From Macrostomum lignano (taxonomy: Eukaryota): a stretch of 64,000 nucleotides of DNA. Location: positions 233,850 to 297,849 of the forward strand of contig NIVC01001206.1 in the NCBI GenBank assembly GCA_002269645.1, written 5' to 3'. Within the stretch, counting starts at the first letter, position 1, and each line of letters begins with the position of its first letter. Position numbers and translations under genes: made by a program. This document shows, in pieces, positions 11,384 through 22,341 of this stretch. The notes beneath the pieces were generated by a model that ran no database searches, was not told where the DNA came from, and saw only the letters and a list, made by a program, of their open reading frames with translations.

Positions 11384-12986
11384 AAATATCAGCACAAACA
11401 CGCCCAAGGGTCACTTTCTAAAGCATGAGGGCAATATTATTATCAAAGGGCCATATATAGACTAGAGAGGTTGTAGTCCAATAGATAACCTATCCTATAG
11501 AAGAGGTCAATTGATAAAAATTTTATGCTAATACTAAGATGTGCTCTCAAGTTGAACTCCCATCAAAACCAAAGGAAACTATTTTTTTGATAAAACTAAA
11601 TAAGCAAATTTTGCTAAAAGTCTTTCTTTTTTGTTAGAATCACAGATAAATTGGTTTTAAGTGAAATACAAAATGAGAAGATGAATAGTCTAAACCAAAA
11701 GTAGAAAATCAAAGGGGAGAGGTGTCATTTACCAAGACAAAAGGGGAAATTTCCAATTTATTAGATAGCCTAAAACTGGATCATCCACTAATGGGAAGTC
11801 ATTTTAGCAGAAAAGGCAATATTTTCCACCCGTTGCATCTTTGGATCACCTTGCAGCTAGGCCTAAGTCAATGGGAAATCATAATTAGACAAAAACCAAT
11901 CTGGATATTAGAAAGAGAAATCATTGGGCAATAAAAAACTTGTCTGATACAACTTGGTAGCAACATTAGGAATTTCTTAATGAGAAGAAATATATCACAA
12001 CTTGATAGCAAAGGTGGGATTATTTATCAAATATAAACCTTCTTTATAACATTGAAAAATAAATAATAAATGCTAAACAAACTTTGCTAAGGTCTAAGGG
12101 AGCTATATTATACCATGCACTAAGTGCCATATACACTACATTTTTAGGCCCAGGAATCTCTGCTAGCTTGTCCATTACCTAAAGGCTATCCGGCGAGCGA
12201 CTATCTACCTCCTGGATTTTCTGGAGGAGGACTGCACTGCAGACACTGGCACCATCAGAACTCCCTGCACCACACTGTAGCACTAGCTGCTTGTGGTTGC
12301 CAAGGGTTAGCAAAATGGGTGGCAACATCTCCTCACTGTTTCTAGATATATGGAGCCCCCTGCAGCCAAGTTGAGTAAGTCAAATGCTATATTAAATAAG
12401 TGCTAGATACTAAGTGATATATGAGTATCCAACTATATATTAAAATTATTATACAATAAAACTAAATATAGTATACACTAAATATTGCATCATAGAAAAT
12501 ACATACATTATTTAGCTAGCAATCCTAGGCCTACCCTAGTGGAGGATGGGGGTAGTCTGGAATAGGGTTAATATCAGTTTTATATAAGGTAGGGTGAATG
12601 AATTGATAATTTAGACCCGGATAGAAAATAAAGGACTACACATAGCTAGCCTGGGTTAGGGGTAGGGTTAAAGAGGTTGTGGGTTGGAAATTTGGGGTGG
12701 TAAATTGTGCTTAAATATAAGCTTATAGATAAACAGGACAAGAATCAAAGTTAAGGAAAGTACAAGTGCATACTAGCTTTTCTATGTAATCTTATACTTG
12801 TACAAGGGGCGTTCAATAAGTTTCGGGACTATAAGAGCCAGCACACTCTAGGCTGCTCAAAATGTACTCACATGAAAAATGTATATTCCCTGAGATTTGA
12901 CATAAAATATAAAGGTTACACAATAAACCTGAATCTCACAACTTCACTTCAAAGTCACCTATCACCTCCAACTTCAAGTATCTATT

Positions 12987-13992
12987 ATGGAACTGTCACG
13001 CATCTACTGGAGAGCAATGATTTTTTATGATTACAAATTTGGACTGAACCAGTCGCAAAGCTTAGAATGGCTTTGCCTAGCCTTTGGGGATACTGCATCC
13101 TCAAGAACAACCATCTTTGACTGGTTCACGGAATTTCGTTGGGGCCGAGTGTTGCTTGAAGACGAGGCTCGTGAAGGATGACCCCTGAGTTCAACCACTC
13201 AGGAAGCAGTGGCTGTAGTGCAGGCCTTGGTTGAAGAAGACCCGCGGTTGACAGTGCAACAGCTAGCCACTGCTGTGGGCATTTCATCGGGAAGCACCTC
13301 AACCATCCTACATGAAAGGCTTGGCCTCAGCAAGGTGTCTGCACACTGGGTGCCTCATTACCTGACCTAGGAGCAAAAACAGGCCCAGATCAATTGGTGC
13401 CATTCAATGCTCGAAATATTTGACGGTGGAAGATCAACGAGCTCCTGGGACATTATCAGTGGTGATGAGCCCTGGGTATACTGTTTTGACCCAGAGAGCA
13501 AGCAGCAGTTGGCCCAGTGGACCCCCATTGGCAGTCTGCCATCTTCAAAGCTTGTGCAGTCATGAAGCACCGGCATTGCCAAGCAGATAGTGGCTGTTTT
13601 TGTGGCTTGCAATGGTCCCATAGCCATGATTCCGCTGGTAACACAGCGGACGGTGACTGCAGGCTGGTATGTAACCAACTGTATGCCCTAGATGCTGCAA
13701 TCCATCGCTAAGAAGTGCCCAAGGACTTGCTATCACAGTTTGCTGCTCCATTAGGACAACACCTAGGCTCATACTGCCCAACTAACTGTGGAGTTCATGG
13801 AGCAGAATCGCGTCCAACTGCTTTAGCACCCACCCTACAGCCCCGACTTGGCACCATGTGATTTCTTTGTGTTCCCATAAGTCAAGCGCCTGCTCAAGGG
13901 AGTCCAATTTGCACTACCAGAACAGGCCGTCAAGGCCTTCTAAAGTCACCTATTTGACATCCCTCAGTTGGAGTGGGCTGGCTGCTTTGCTA
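12987..13992 (+). pseudogene. Outer mariner transposase with 9 in-frame stops and no frameshift
   Basis: Continuous frame: MELSRIYWRAMIFYDYKFG...WVPHYLT*EQK...ISGDEPW...H*DNT*AH...HPPYSPDLAPCDFFVFP*. Confidence 0.92.
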
Positions 13993-15311
13993 CGAGGGGT
14001 GATCAAAAAGTTCTGCAACCTTTTGTTATAGCTTTTAGTTATAGAATCAGCAAAAGCCAAAAACTTACACATATGTGGCTATATCTGTTTGCTATATTTA
14101 TATGCATTTTTGGCTTCCAAATGTGCTCCATTAAAATTTCACAGCCATATATTTTCCATGTGTTTTCAGTAGCTGATGGAAACATCAAAAGACAGTGTTC
14201 GCTTCTATATCTTTATGTGCATGCAACTTGGTTGCAAAGTGACAGAGATTCACACCATGTTTTATGAATGTTTTAGCTGACTCTGCTCCATCATTTGACA
14301 CAGTTGCCTGCTGGCTGCGCCATTTCTTGGAAGGCTGGGACAGCTTCAATGATGAACCAAGGTCTGGCCGACCCCGGACATCCGTGACCGAAGATGTCGT
14401 GGCCCATGCCGATGCAATAATTCATGAGGATTGGAGCTTTTTGCTAAGATTCATTGCCTATGAGCTTGGTGTCAGCTATGGAAGTGCTCATAACATCATG
14501 CATGAGCAACTAGGCCGCACAAAGACCTGCGCTCGGTGGGTACCCCATCTTCTCACTCCAGAGCAGCAAGCAGAGAGGGTGCGCATCTGTCGCTTGTGGC
14601 TGCAAATGTTTGAGCCCCACGGCCCACGACAACTGTCAGATGTCATCACAGGAGACAAATGTTGTATCTCCTTCTTTACCATGAGGGATAAGCAGTCCAA
14701 CATGGTCTGGCTGGCAGAAGATGAGCCAAGGCCTGAGGTGCTGAAGACCGGATTCCGCAGTCGGAAGCGGATGTTCACCATTTTTTTCAACTCTCAGGGT
14801 GTTGTATCGGTGAACATCCTTCCAGCGGGTGCCACAGTGACTGCCAGGTACTACACAGACACTGTTCTGCCAGGCGTGCTGCAGGAGCGGCAGGAACGTG
14901 CGCGAACCAAGCATGGACCTCGACTCCTGCTGCACCATGACAATGCGGCACCGCACAGAGCGGCCTCAACCATGGCGTACCTGGAGCAGCAGGGGGTCCA
15001 GCTGCTGCCCCATTCACCCTACTCTCTAGACCTAGCACCTTCCGACTTTTGGCTGTTCCCGAGGATCAAATCCGTCATTTCTGGGAGGCCGTTTTCACGC
15101 ATGCAAGACTTTGCCCAAGTGGTAAATTCAGCTCTACAGGGTATACCAACTTTGGAGTACCATGACTGCTTTCAGACATGGTGCACACGGATGCGACGGT
15201 GCATAGATAGTGGTGGAAACTACTTTAAGGGAATGTGACACTGATTAGACGCCTCGGCTACTGTAGCACAGAGTTGTGAGGTCACTTGCAGAACTTTTTG
15301 ATCACCCCTCG
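13993..15311 (+). mobile_element. Inner (younger) mariner with perfect 26-bp TIRs and TA target duplication
   Basis: cgaggggtgatcaaaaagttctgcaa at 13993, exact inverse ending at 15311; TA on both sides. Confidence 0.96.
14176..15238 (+). pseudogene. Inner mariner DD34D transposase with a 1-nt frameshift near 14260
   Basis: METSKDSVRFYIFMCMQLGCKVTEIHTM joins MNVLADSAPS... only after removing one T from atgttttatg. Motifs GRPR, WVPHLL, ITGD, HHDNAAPH, YSLDLAPSDFWLFP. Confidence 0.88.
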
Positions 15312-15669
15312 TACTTTGTTTAAAAGGATGAGAAAGTGCATTGAAGTTGCTGGAGAGTACTTCAAAAAGGCCTGACATTTATCTTCCCTTTGATGCTTTT
15401 CATTTCTGTGCATCCAAAAACTTATTGAATGCCCCTCATAGAGATGTCTTGATTTGAACCACTGCTGTGCTCCCACTTGCACAAGCTTTGTACTAGTGCT
15501 ATTAACAGAAAGAAAATCTGTTGCAAATGCATAAATTACCAAAAGATGACACTGGCAAAGTGCTGGCAGCAGCTACTAGAGTGTGGATATTGACCTTTAT
15601 TGGAATAGCTAATTTAAGAGGAATAGCTAATTTAGTCCAATACTATGAAATCTTCAATACATTTGTGAT

Positions 15670-17745
15670 AGCCAATGTGTTATTAGATGGTGCTAGAGAG
15701 ATAAGTGGATAGGACTTAGGAGAGCCAGCAAGACAAGGCTATGAGAAAAGAACCTATGAGAGAAATAGCAATGCTAGAAGATTGGTAGCTCCCCCTCAAC
15801 CATAGTCGGGAAGGTGGCACAGTGTGCGCCGGAACTATTTTGATGCTTTTGAGCACTGTGCGCCGTGCGCCATGAAGAAACGATTTTGTGCGCCGCAGCG
15901 CACCATGATAAGGTAAGTCTAAGGTAAGGTAAGGTAAGGTAAGGTATTTATTCTACCGTAAGGAATTTACGGTAGACAAATTTGAATTTCATTTACGTAT
16001 TTTATATCGTGATTTATGTAATTTACATAATTTACATAATTTACATAATTTTATTTTACGAATTATGGAATTAGGCCTGACACTATATATTTTGCAAAGT
16101 ATAATGAAGTGTAACTATATATTTTTTCAGCGCCATGCGCCATGTGCGCCGCCAGAGCATTTCCAATTTTTCCTTGTACGCCGTGTGCGCCGTGTGTGCC
16201 AAAAAAGGGCCAATTTGCACCGGAAAATTCACCAAAAACTGCCACCTTCCCAGCTATGGCCCCTCAATACCAATAGCCAGCAATAGCTGTGGTGGTTTTG
16301 GTGTGTGGCAGTCTTAGGCCCTAGTCATGCGCCACAAACTTGGTATATAGGCCCCTAATTTTTTTGAAATCTCCCCTATGCCATAGCCCATATAGGCATA
16401 TGCTAGAATTTTGGTATACTATGCAGCATGCTAAGCATTAAGCCCTATACTAGGCCTACTATTTGAAAAACTATAACCTAGGCCTACAGAAAAAATATTT
16501 TTAAAATTATTCAAAAAATCAATTGAATTGGGCCCATAAAAATAATAAAATAAAAATCATAAATAGACCCTCATATTTATAATTGACCTGTGTGGGGCTA
16601 TGCCATTAATAGTAATGGCATAATAATATAGGCAATTTTACTTGCTATATAACAATAATTACATAGTGGGGCTACTGTTGGCCTATGATTTATATACATA
16701 TCATTGATTGACATAGAATATACAAATTTATATTAACATATAATATTAATTTTCGAAACAAAAAACTCTACGAATATCAATGACAATAGGGCTATAAGAG
16801 AAGCAAGGTATAAAAATATAAACATTCATTGGATCTGTAACTGTCTTTCACTTGGCACTCTTCTGTTCCATTAAAAACCAAAACTAATTTTAGTAGGCCT
16901 ACTAGGGCCCCTACTGTAAAATTGAAAACTTTCATTCTACATAATGAATTTCTTCGGTAAAATGTATCCCAAGAAAACAGTTTTTCATCCTTCTACTTCA
17001 GTAGTCCTAGACCTTACTACTGAGTACTGAGTGCTTAGATCACGCACACGCGGGAAATTTTTTAACCTTAACAGCCTTTATAAGTTTTAAAAAACTTATG
17101 TAAACACAAATGAAGTAAAAAAGTATTCTTATGCTCTAGGCCTATAAAAAACGAATAAAAATTTTATTAAACATTTTCGTTTACATACTTACACAAGTGA
17201 AAAAACAGTGTTTCAAGCTAGCAAATTTTGTTGTGACTTGTTACATTTTTAAACATGAAAAAAGTTATTATTGTGGCCGAAAATTTTATTAACATTAGTC
17301 ATTGTGTTTTAAAAACTAATGTTAAAACCGAAATCTCCAGTAAAAAAACAATTTTTTTTCACAGCTGAAAGTATCCAATCTTTCTTTTTCTTACATTACA
17401 GCAGTTGCAGTAGGCCTAACAATGTCAATAGCAAAAAAGCTCAAGCCAATGTTAAAAAAATTTAGACCTACTCTATCCAAGTATTCGTGAACGACCCCTT
17501 TTTGCCTCCTTAGATTATTCTAGGCATATATAGCTAGGCATAATATACATTAGGCGCATGAATAAGACCGCCATACACCAAGACCACCACAGCTATAGCT
17601 GGCTACTGGTATTGAGGGAGCTACCAATCTTCTAGTTTTGCTATTCCTCTTGTAGGTTTTTTTTCTTACATCCTTGTCTTGCTGGCTCTCTTAGCCACTT
17701 ATCTCCTCTCAGTCTCTAGCACCATCTAATAACATTGAGTCAAAT
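15670..17745. repeat. Two inverted copies of a ~200-bp dispersed element (15670-16330, split by the MITE; 17550-17745)
   Basis: ttattagatggtgctagag...gccagcaagacaagg...gaagattggtagctccc|ctcaatacc...gctgtggtgg matches the reverse complement of 17570-17735. Confidence 0.75.
15800..16259. mobile_element. MITE with 20-bp TIRs and 8-bp TSD (cccctcaa), hAT/P-like, inserted in an older repeat
   Basis: ccatagtcgggaaggtggca versus tgccaccttcccagctatgg; cccctcaa at 15792-15799 and 16260-16267; internal tgcgcc motifs. Confidence 0.88.
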
Positions 17746-17814
17746 TTCTCCCTTAGCTCCCCCAAGTATGGCGGTCTTGGTGTATGGCAATCTTGGTCCT
17801 ATACCATACATCAT

Positions 17815-18079
17815 GAGTCTTCCAGACAATCCGGCGACAAGACGATCCGGCAACAGACAATCTGGCAACAGTCAATCCAGCAACAGACGATCTGGCGACA
17901 GATATTAAATCAACATATATTATTCTGAATTTTATTCTGAAAAAATAATAGCTTAACTAATAAACTATATGCTGATATATCTTGATTTAATATCTGTCGC
18001 TGGATCATCTGTTGCTGGATTGACTGTCGCCGGATTGTCTGTCGCCAGATTGTCTTGTCGCCGGATTGACTGGATACCC
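17815..18079. mobile_element. Palindromic MITE with ccggcgac subterminal repeats; candidate 5-bp TSD atcat
   Basis: Left arm ccagacaatccggcgacaagacgatccgg is inverse to right arm ccggattgtctgtcgcc...ccggattgactgg; atcat at 17810-17814 and 18080-18084. Confidence 0.8.
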
Positions 18080-18629
18080 ATCATGACATTAGGCCTATGT
18101 CATGTATGTCATGTGCAATCTTTTTGATTTAGGCCGACATTGGCCATGTAACTTAGGGCTAGGTAAAAGCTACTTTTTGACAAAAAATATGACTGAAGGT
18201 TAAGCTCTAGGCCTATTATAAAAGAAGCCTAACACCTTAAACAAAAATAATTGTCCCAAGCTAGCCCTAGCAAATTTAGGTAAATCTTCTATCATAATTT
18301 TAGGTGAATGGCGGAAGTGGCCTTCTTCCTATTTATAATTATATTATTAAGGCTAAATACCTTGTTATTTGTTAAGCCCCTATCTACTTTATATTTTTGG
18401 GATAGTAAGTTTTGAACTTCAAGTCAATCTAGTAGGCCTACTGCTACTAGATAATCAATCTGGCAATAATCAAAGTGGCAATAGATAATTGAGCAATAGA
18501 TTTTGTAGGCCTATTGTAGTTTTAGATTTTAAATAGGGCCTATAGACAATTTTACAATAATGGCTAGAGTTCTGGCACTAGAACCTATTTTCTAATAGCT
18601 ATGGATACTAGTAGTTGTATTATAATAAT

Positions 18630-18880
18630 TAGTGGCGGATCTAGAGTTTCATTTTGAGGAGGTGATCTAAGTTTGTGGCATCAACATAAATGTAAAAAAG
18701 TGCCAATTTTTAAGCTAGGAGGCACAAAAATATGTACAAAAGGTAAAATATCAGCTTAAGTGTGCAAAAAAGGTGTTTGGAGGCAAAAAATCAAGTTTAA
18801 GAGGCACAAACTTAGGTTTTTAGGGGGTGCAATATGTTCTATCAAGAAATTTTTGGAGGGGGCAGCCATATTGCAAAAGG
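18630..18880 (+). mobile_element. hAT-like MITE remnant related to 21361-21577; right end unclear
   Basis: tagtggcggatct start and the shared internal aaaaaatcaagttta...gggtgcaatatgttct. Confidence 0.55.
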
Positions 18881-21360
18881 AGGGGTGTACATCGGAATAT
18901 TCCAGCGTATACTTGAGTTTTGTGGCGTATACCAGCGTACATTTTTTTGGCTGTGTACAGTGTAGCATATAGTGTGGCGTACACAACTAGTGTACAAATT
19001 AATATAAATAATTTTTTGTGCATTTTTCTGTGTTAAGTTATTTCAAAAACCATTTTTTTCTTTTACTATTTTCTAATTTACTAATCATTTCAATTATCGG
19101 AATTGTCACAACAATTGTTATCTCATTATCAATTTTTTGTAATTTAAATTTAAATTTAAATATTTATTGACCATTTATAATATACATGTACTGTTCTGAT
19201 TCTGACTTCTGGTTATGTTTAATTTCTGTTTTTGTTTTTGTTGGCACACATTAAGAAAGTTGGTGTACATTTAAATTTGTTGACGTACAATTGAAAATTC
19301 AATGAAAATGTATCCAGTGTAAGATTCAAAACAAGATACTTCTAATGTTCAAAGACTTTGTTAGTAGATAACTGCCTACAAAAGAGTGCTAGATCTATAT
19401 CCATTAAAAATGGGTTCTAGTTCCAGAACTCCAGCAATTGTCCAACTTTATATATAGTTTTTTATTTATATGTAGGCCTAGAGAATTTATTTTATGATAA
19501 TATCTTTTCTAATAAAAAATTGTACAATATGGCTATACTTTTGACATAATTTAAGGTGTCACATCAAATGTTTTAATGTATTAGTATATTTGATTATAAA
19601 ACTAATATGTGGCCTTTAATAAGATTAAAGAACATATCAATTTAATGTAGTTTCCTCTTTTTCAAAGCAATAGCAATATTATCATTATGATGTATTCCTT
19701 ATTATTGAGACTTTTCTCAGTAATCAAAGAACAATCAGTTTTAGCACTTAGCTAGGCAACCCAGTAATCAAATGAAGGTATTTATTACTTTGAGTCTTGA
19801 TCAGTAGATCTCATCTGCGAGTAGTTCTTGCGAGTAGTCTATTGATGTCTTGCAGATTAGCTAGTTAGCTCTTGGAGCCTGGTCCAGTGGTCTTCTTTGT
19901 CTCTTGCTGGCTGGTATCTGTTGTTCAGACCAATAGGAAGCTTCAAATTAACAATGGGATCCCTGCACCAAACTGCAGTATCAAATAAGCCTTCTCCTTC
20001 TAGCAATGACTTAATGCACTCTAGGTAAAGCTCCAGTAATCACTGATAGTCTTCGAAGATCTATTAGGGTAGTCCTTCTGGAGATTGCAACCAATGGAGT
20101 CTAAATAGACTCAAGAGTCTCAACAGACTCAAACTCAATACAAATGAGACATCTCAAACTACTGGCACAACTGAGTAAGGCTTACCACAAGAACTCAAAG
20201 AATCTTCCTTGGTAGGAAGACCATTTCTTCCTCTTTGGAACTTCTTCTCCTTCCACAAGTCAGTTTTTTAGCTCTGGGTCCACTTTGGACCACTTGTATT
20301 TATAGGCAAATAGACCTCTTTCAAGGTTGTCCATCACCTTTTTTGTAAATTTCAAAGGGTCATGCTTTGGTTGCTGTCAAGCATGACAGGGCAGAAAATT
20401 GCGCAACTAGTCTACTGCAAATGCGCATGATTGGTTACTGTAGCTGGTAGTTTTCTATTGCATTTGATTGGTTCATCCGGGTGCAAACTGGGTGCAAGCC
20501 AAATGATGAATCATAGGTGGGGTTTGAACTGACTAATGTAGGTCATACATGACCTATGATGAATTGTAGATGGGGTTTAACTTGACAATTGTACTACTGA
20601 ATGAAATGTATAAGTAGTATATTAACCATTTTTGTGAATTTTGAGAGAGGCAGAATATTATACAATTATAAGAAACAATCTATTGAAACTTGCAGATTTT
20701 GAACCCACTATATTCCAATCTGGGCAACTATTTCTATATATATTTTATTAAAAAATTGATATATAAAATAATAATAATATATATAAGATAATAATAACAA
20801 TCATAATAATCATAATAAATATAATGATAGATCTCTAATCTATCAAAATACCAAATAGCTGATTTAATAGTTTTTTATTATACCTTGTCTCAGGATTGAC
20901 TGTCCCCATTTTGACCATCTTTAATTATCTGTCCCTAAATCCTATTGCTAGATTAAATAGATGCCAAATTTTTTGTGACTTATCTTAGTTAGGTCCTTGG
21001 GTTGGCTTGGCTAGGTGTTGTGCATATTATATATATGATATGTTGTATATATATATATATTTATCAATTCTAAACCTTAAAAAATATTACCTAGTTCCTA
21101 GTTTTTTTATAAAAAGTTAAGATGCCTTTTGCATAGCTAGGCCCCAAATAAACCAAAATACTTGGCCTATGCAAGGAACAAATAATATTATATATTGTTG
21201 TTATAAATCTTTGATCTAGTATACTAACAACTTAAATAATGTATATAATAGTATATATATTTATATCTATAAAATAATAATATTTATAATTCTAACCTAA
21301 TATATAGAGAAAGGCCTTATAAACTATAAGCACTATAATATAAAGTTAGTATCTCTCAGA

Positions 21361-21577
21361 CAGTGGCAGACTTCATTTTGGTGGGAGGCAGTCCAAGTTT
21401 GGGATGCCAACGCAAGTATAAAAGGTGCCAACTTTTAGGCTAGGGACCATAAAAAATGCATGTAGGGTGCAAAAAATCAAGTTTAGGGGTGCAAATTATT
21501 TTTTTAGGGTGCAATATGTTCTGTCAAGCTATTATAGAAGGGAAGATGGCTGCCCCACCCCCCTAAATCTACCTTTG
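21361..21577. mobile_element. hAT-like MITE with 8-bp TSD (ctctcaga)
   Basis: cagtggcagac...aaatctacctttg ends; ctctcaga at 21353-21360 and 21578-21585. Confidence 0.82.
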
Positions 21578-22341
21578 CTCTCAGAGATATAAATAGTTCC
21601 AAAAATAATTAGAAAAAAATGAGAATTGAACCTCCAACCTTCTATTTGTAAGTCCAAAATTTTACCATTAGGCTATAATTTTAGTTTTAAGTTTTTAGCT
21701 ATATAACCCCTTGGCTTTAGGACAATAGGATAATATGTTTATATATATATATGATAATTAGCCAACTAAGCCTATCTAATACAGGTCAAAAAAGAAAAGC
21801 TAAATAAACCTTAAAAAACAATTTTCTACAATTAAAGTCATTAGATATGATTAGGATTAGGAATAGTTTTCTTATGTTTGATTCAGGAATTAAGATAGAG
21901 TTTTTAGTGTATTATAGTTTGTAAGTCTATATAGAGTTGAACATTAGTTAAATAGATAAAATTAAGACCAAAAGGTAAAATACAACAGAATAGATGCAAA
22001 TTTGGGCTTCTTCATGTTATACATTAGTTGCAGTTTTGATAGGATCATAATTTTGTGTGTCCTTGGGGTTGTGGGGTGAGCGGAGCTCTATACTGTTTCA
22101 TATTTGTATGCCATTTTTTCAATTATGTTTTGGCAATTCCTTGGCAATTCTTCAATTTAAATGGCATTTATTCATTATATAAATGTGTATGTGTATTTAC
22201 CATTGAATCAGTTGTATATAGCTAGCTATAATTGCTATGTTCCTATAACATTTCCTGCATTTTTAGTTTCGATCTGTTGCTGTTGTTATATAAATAAACA
22301 AATATTAATCTAACAGAAACTGGATTGCACAACAAGCAGCA

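Larger units (their letters stand above)
12803..15438 (+). mobile_element. Outer mariner element, interrupted by a nested mariner at TA 13991-13992
   Basis: TA then TIR caaggggcgttcaataagttt (12803); inverse TIR aaacttattgaatgcccctca then TA (15439-15440). The transposase resumes in frame after the insert (..CFA|TLFKRMRKCIEVAGEYFKKA*). Confidence 0.92.

Noticed and set aside
19780-20400. Decayed ORF on the minus strand (KVMDNLERGLFAYKYKWSKVDPELKN*LVEG...)
   Set aside because: It looks protein-like but is interrupted, and I could not assign a family. tBLASTx would be needed.
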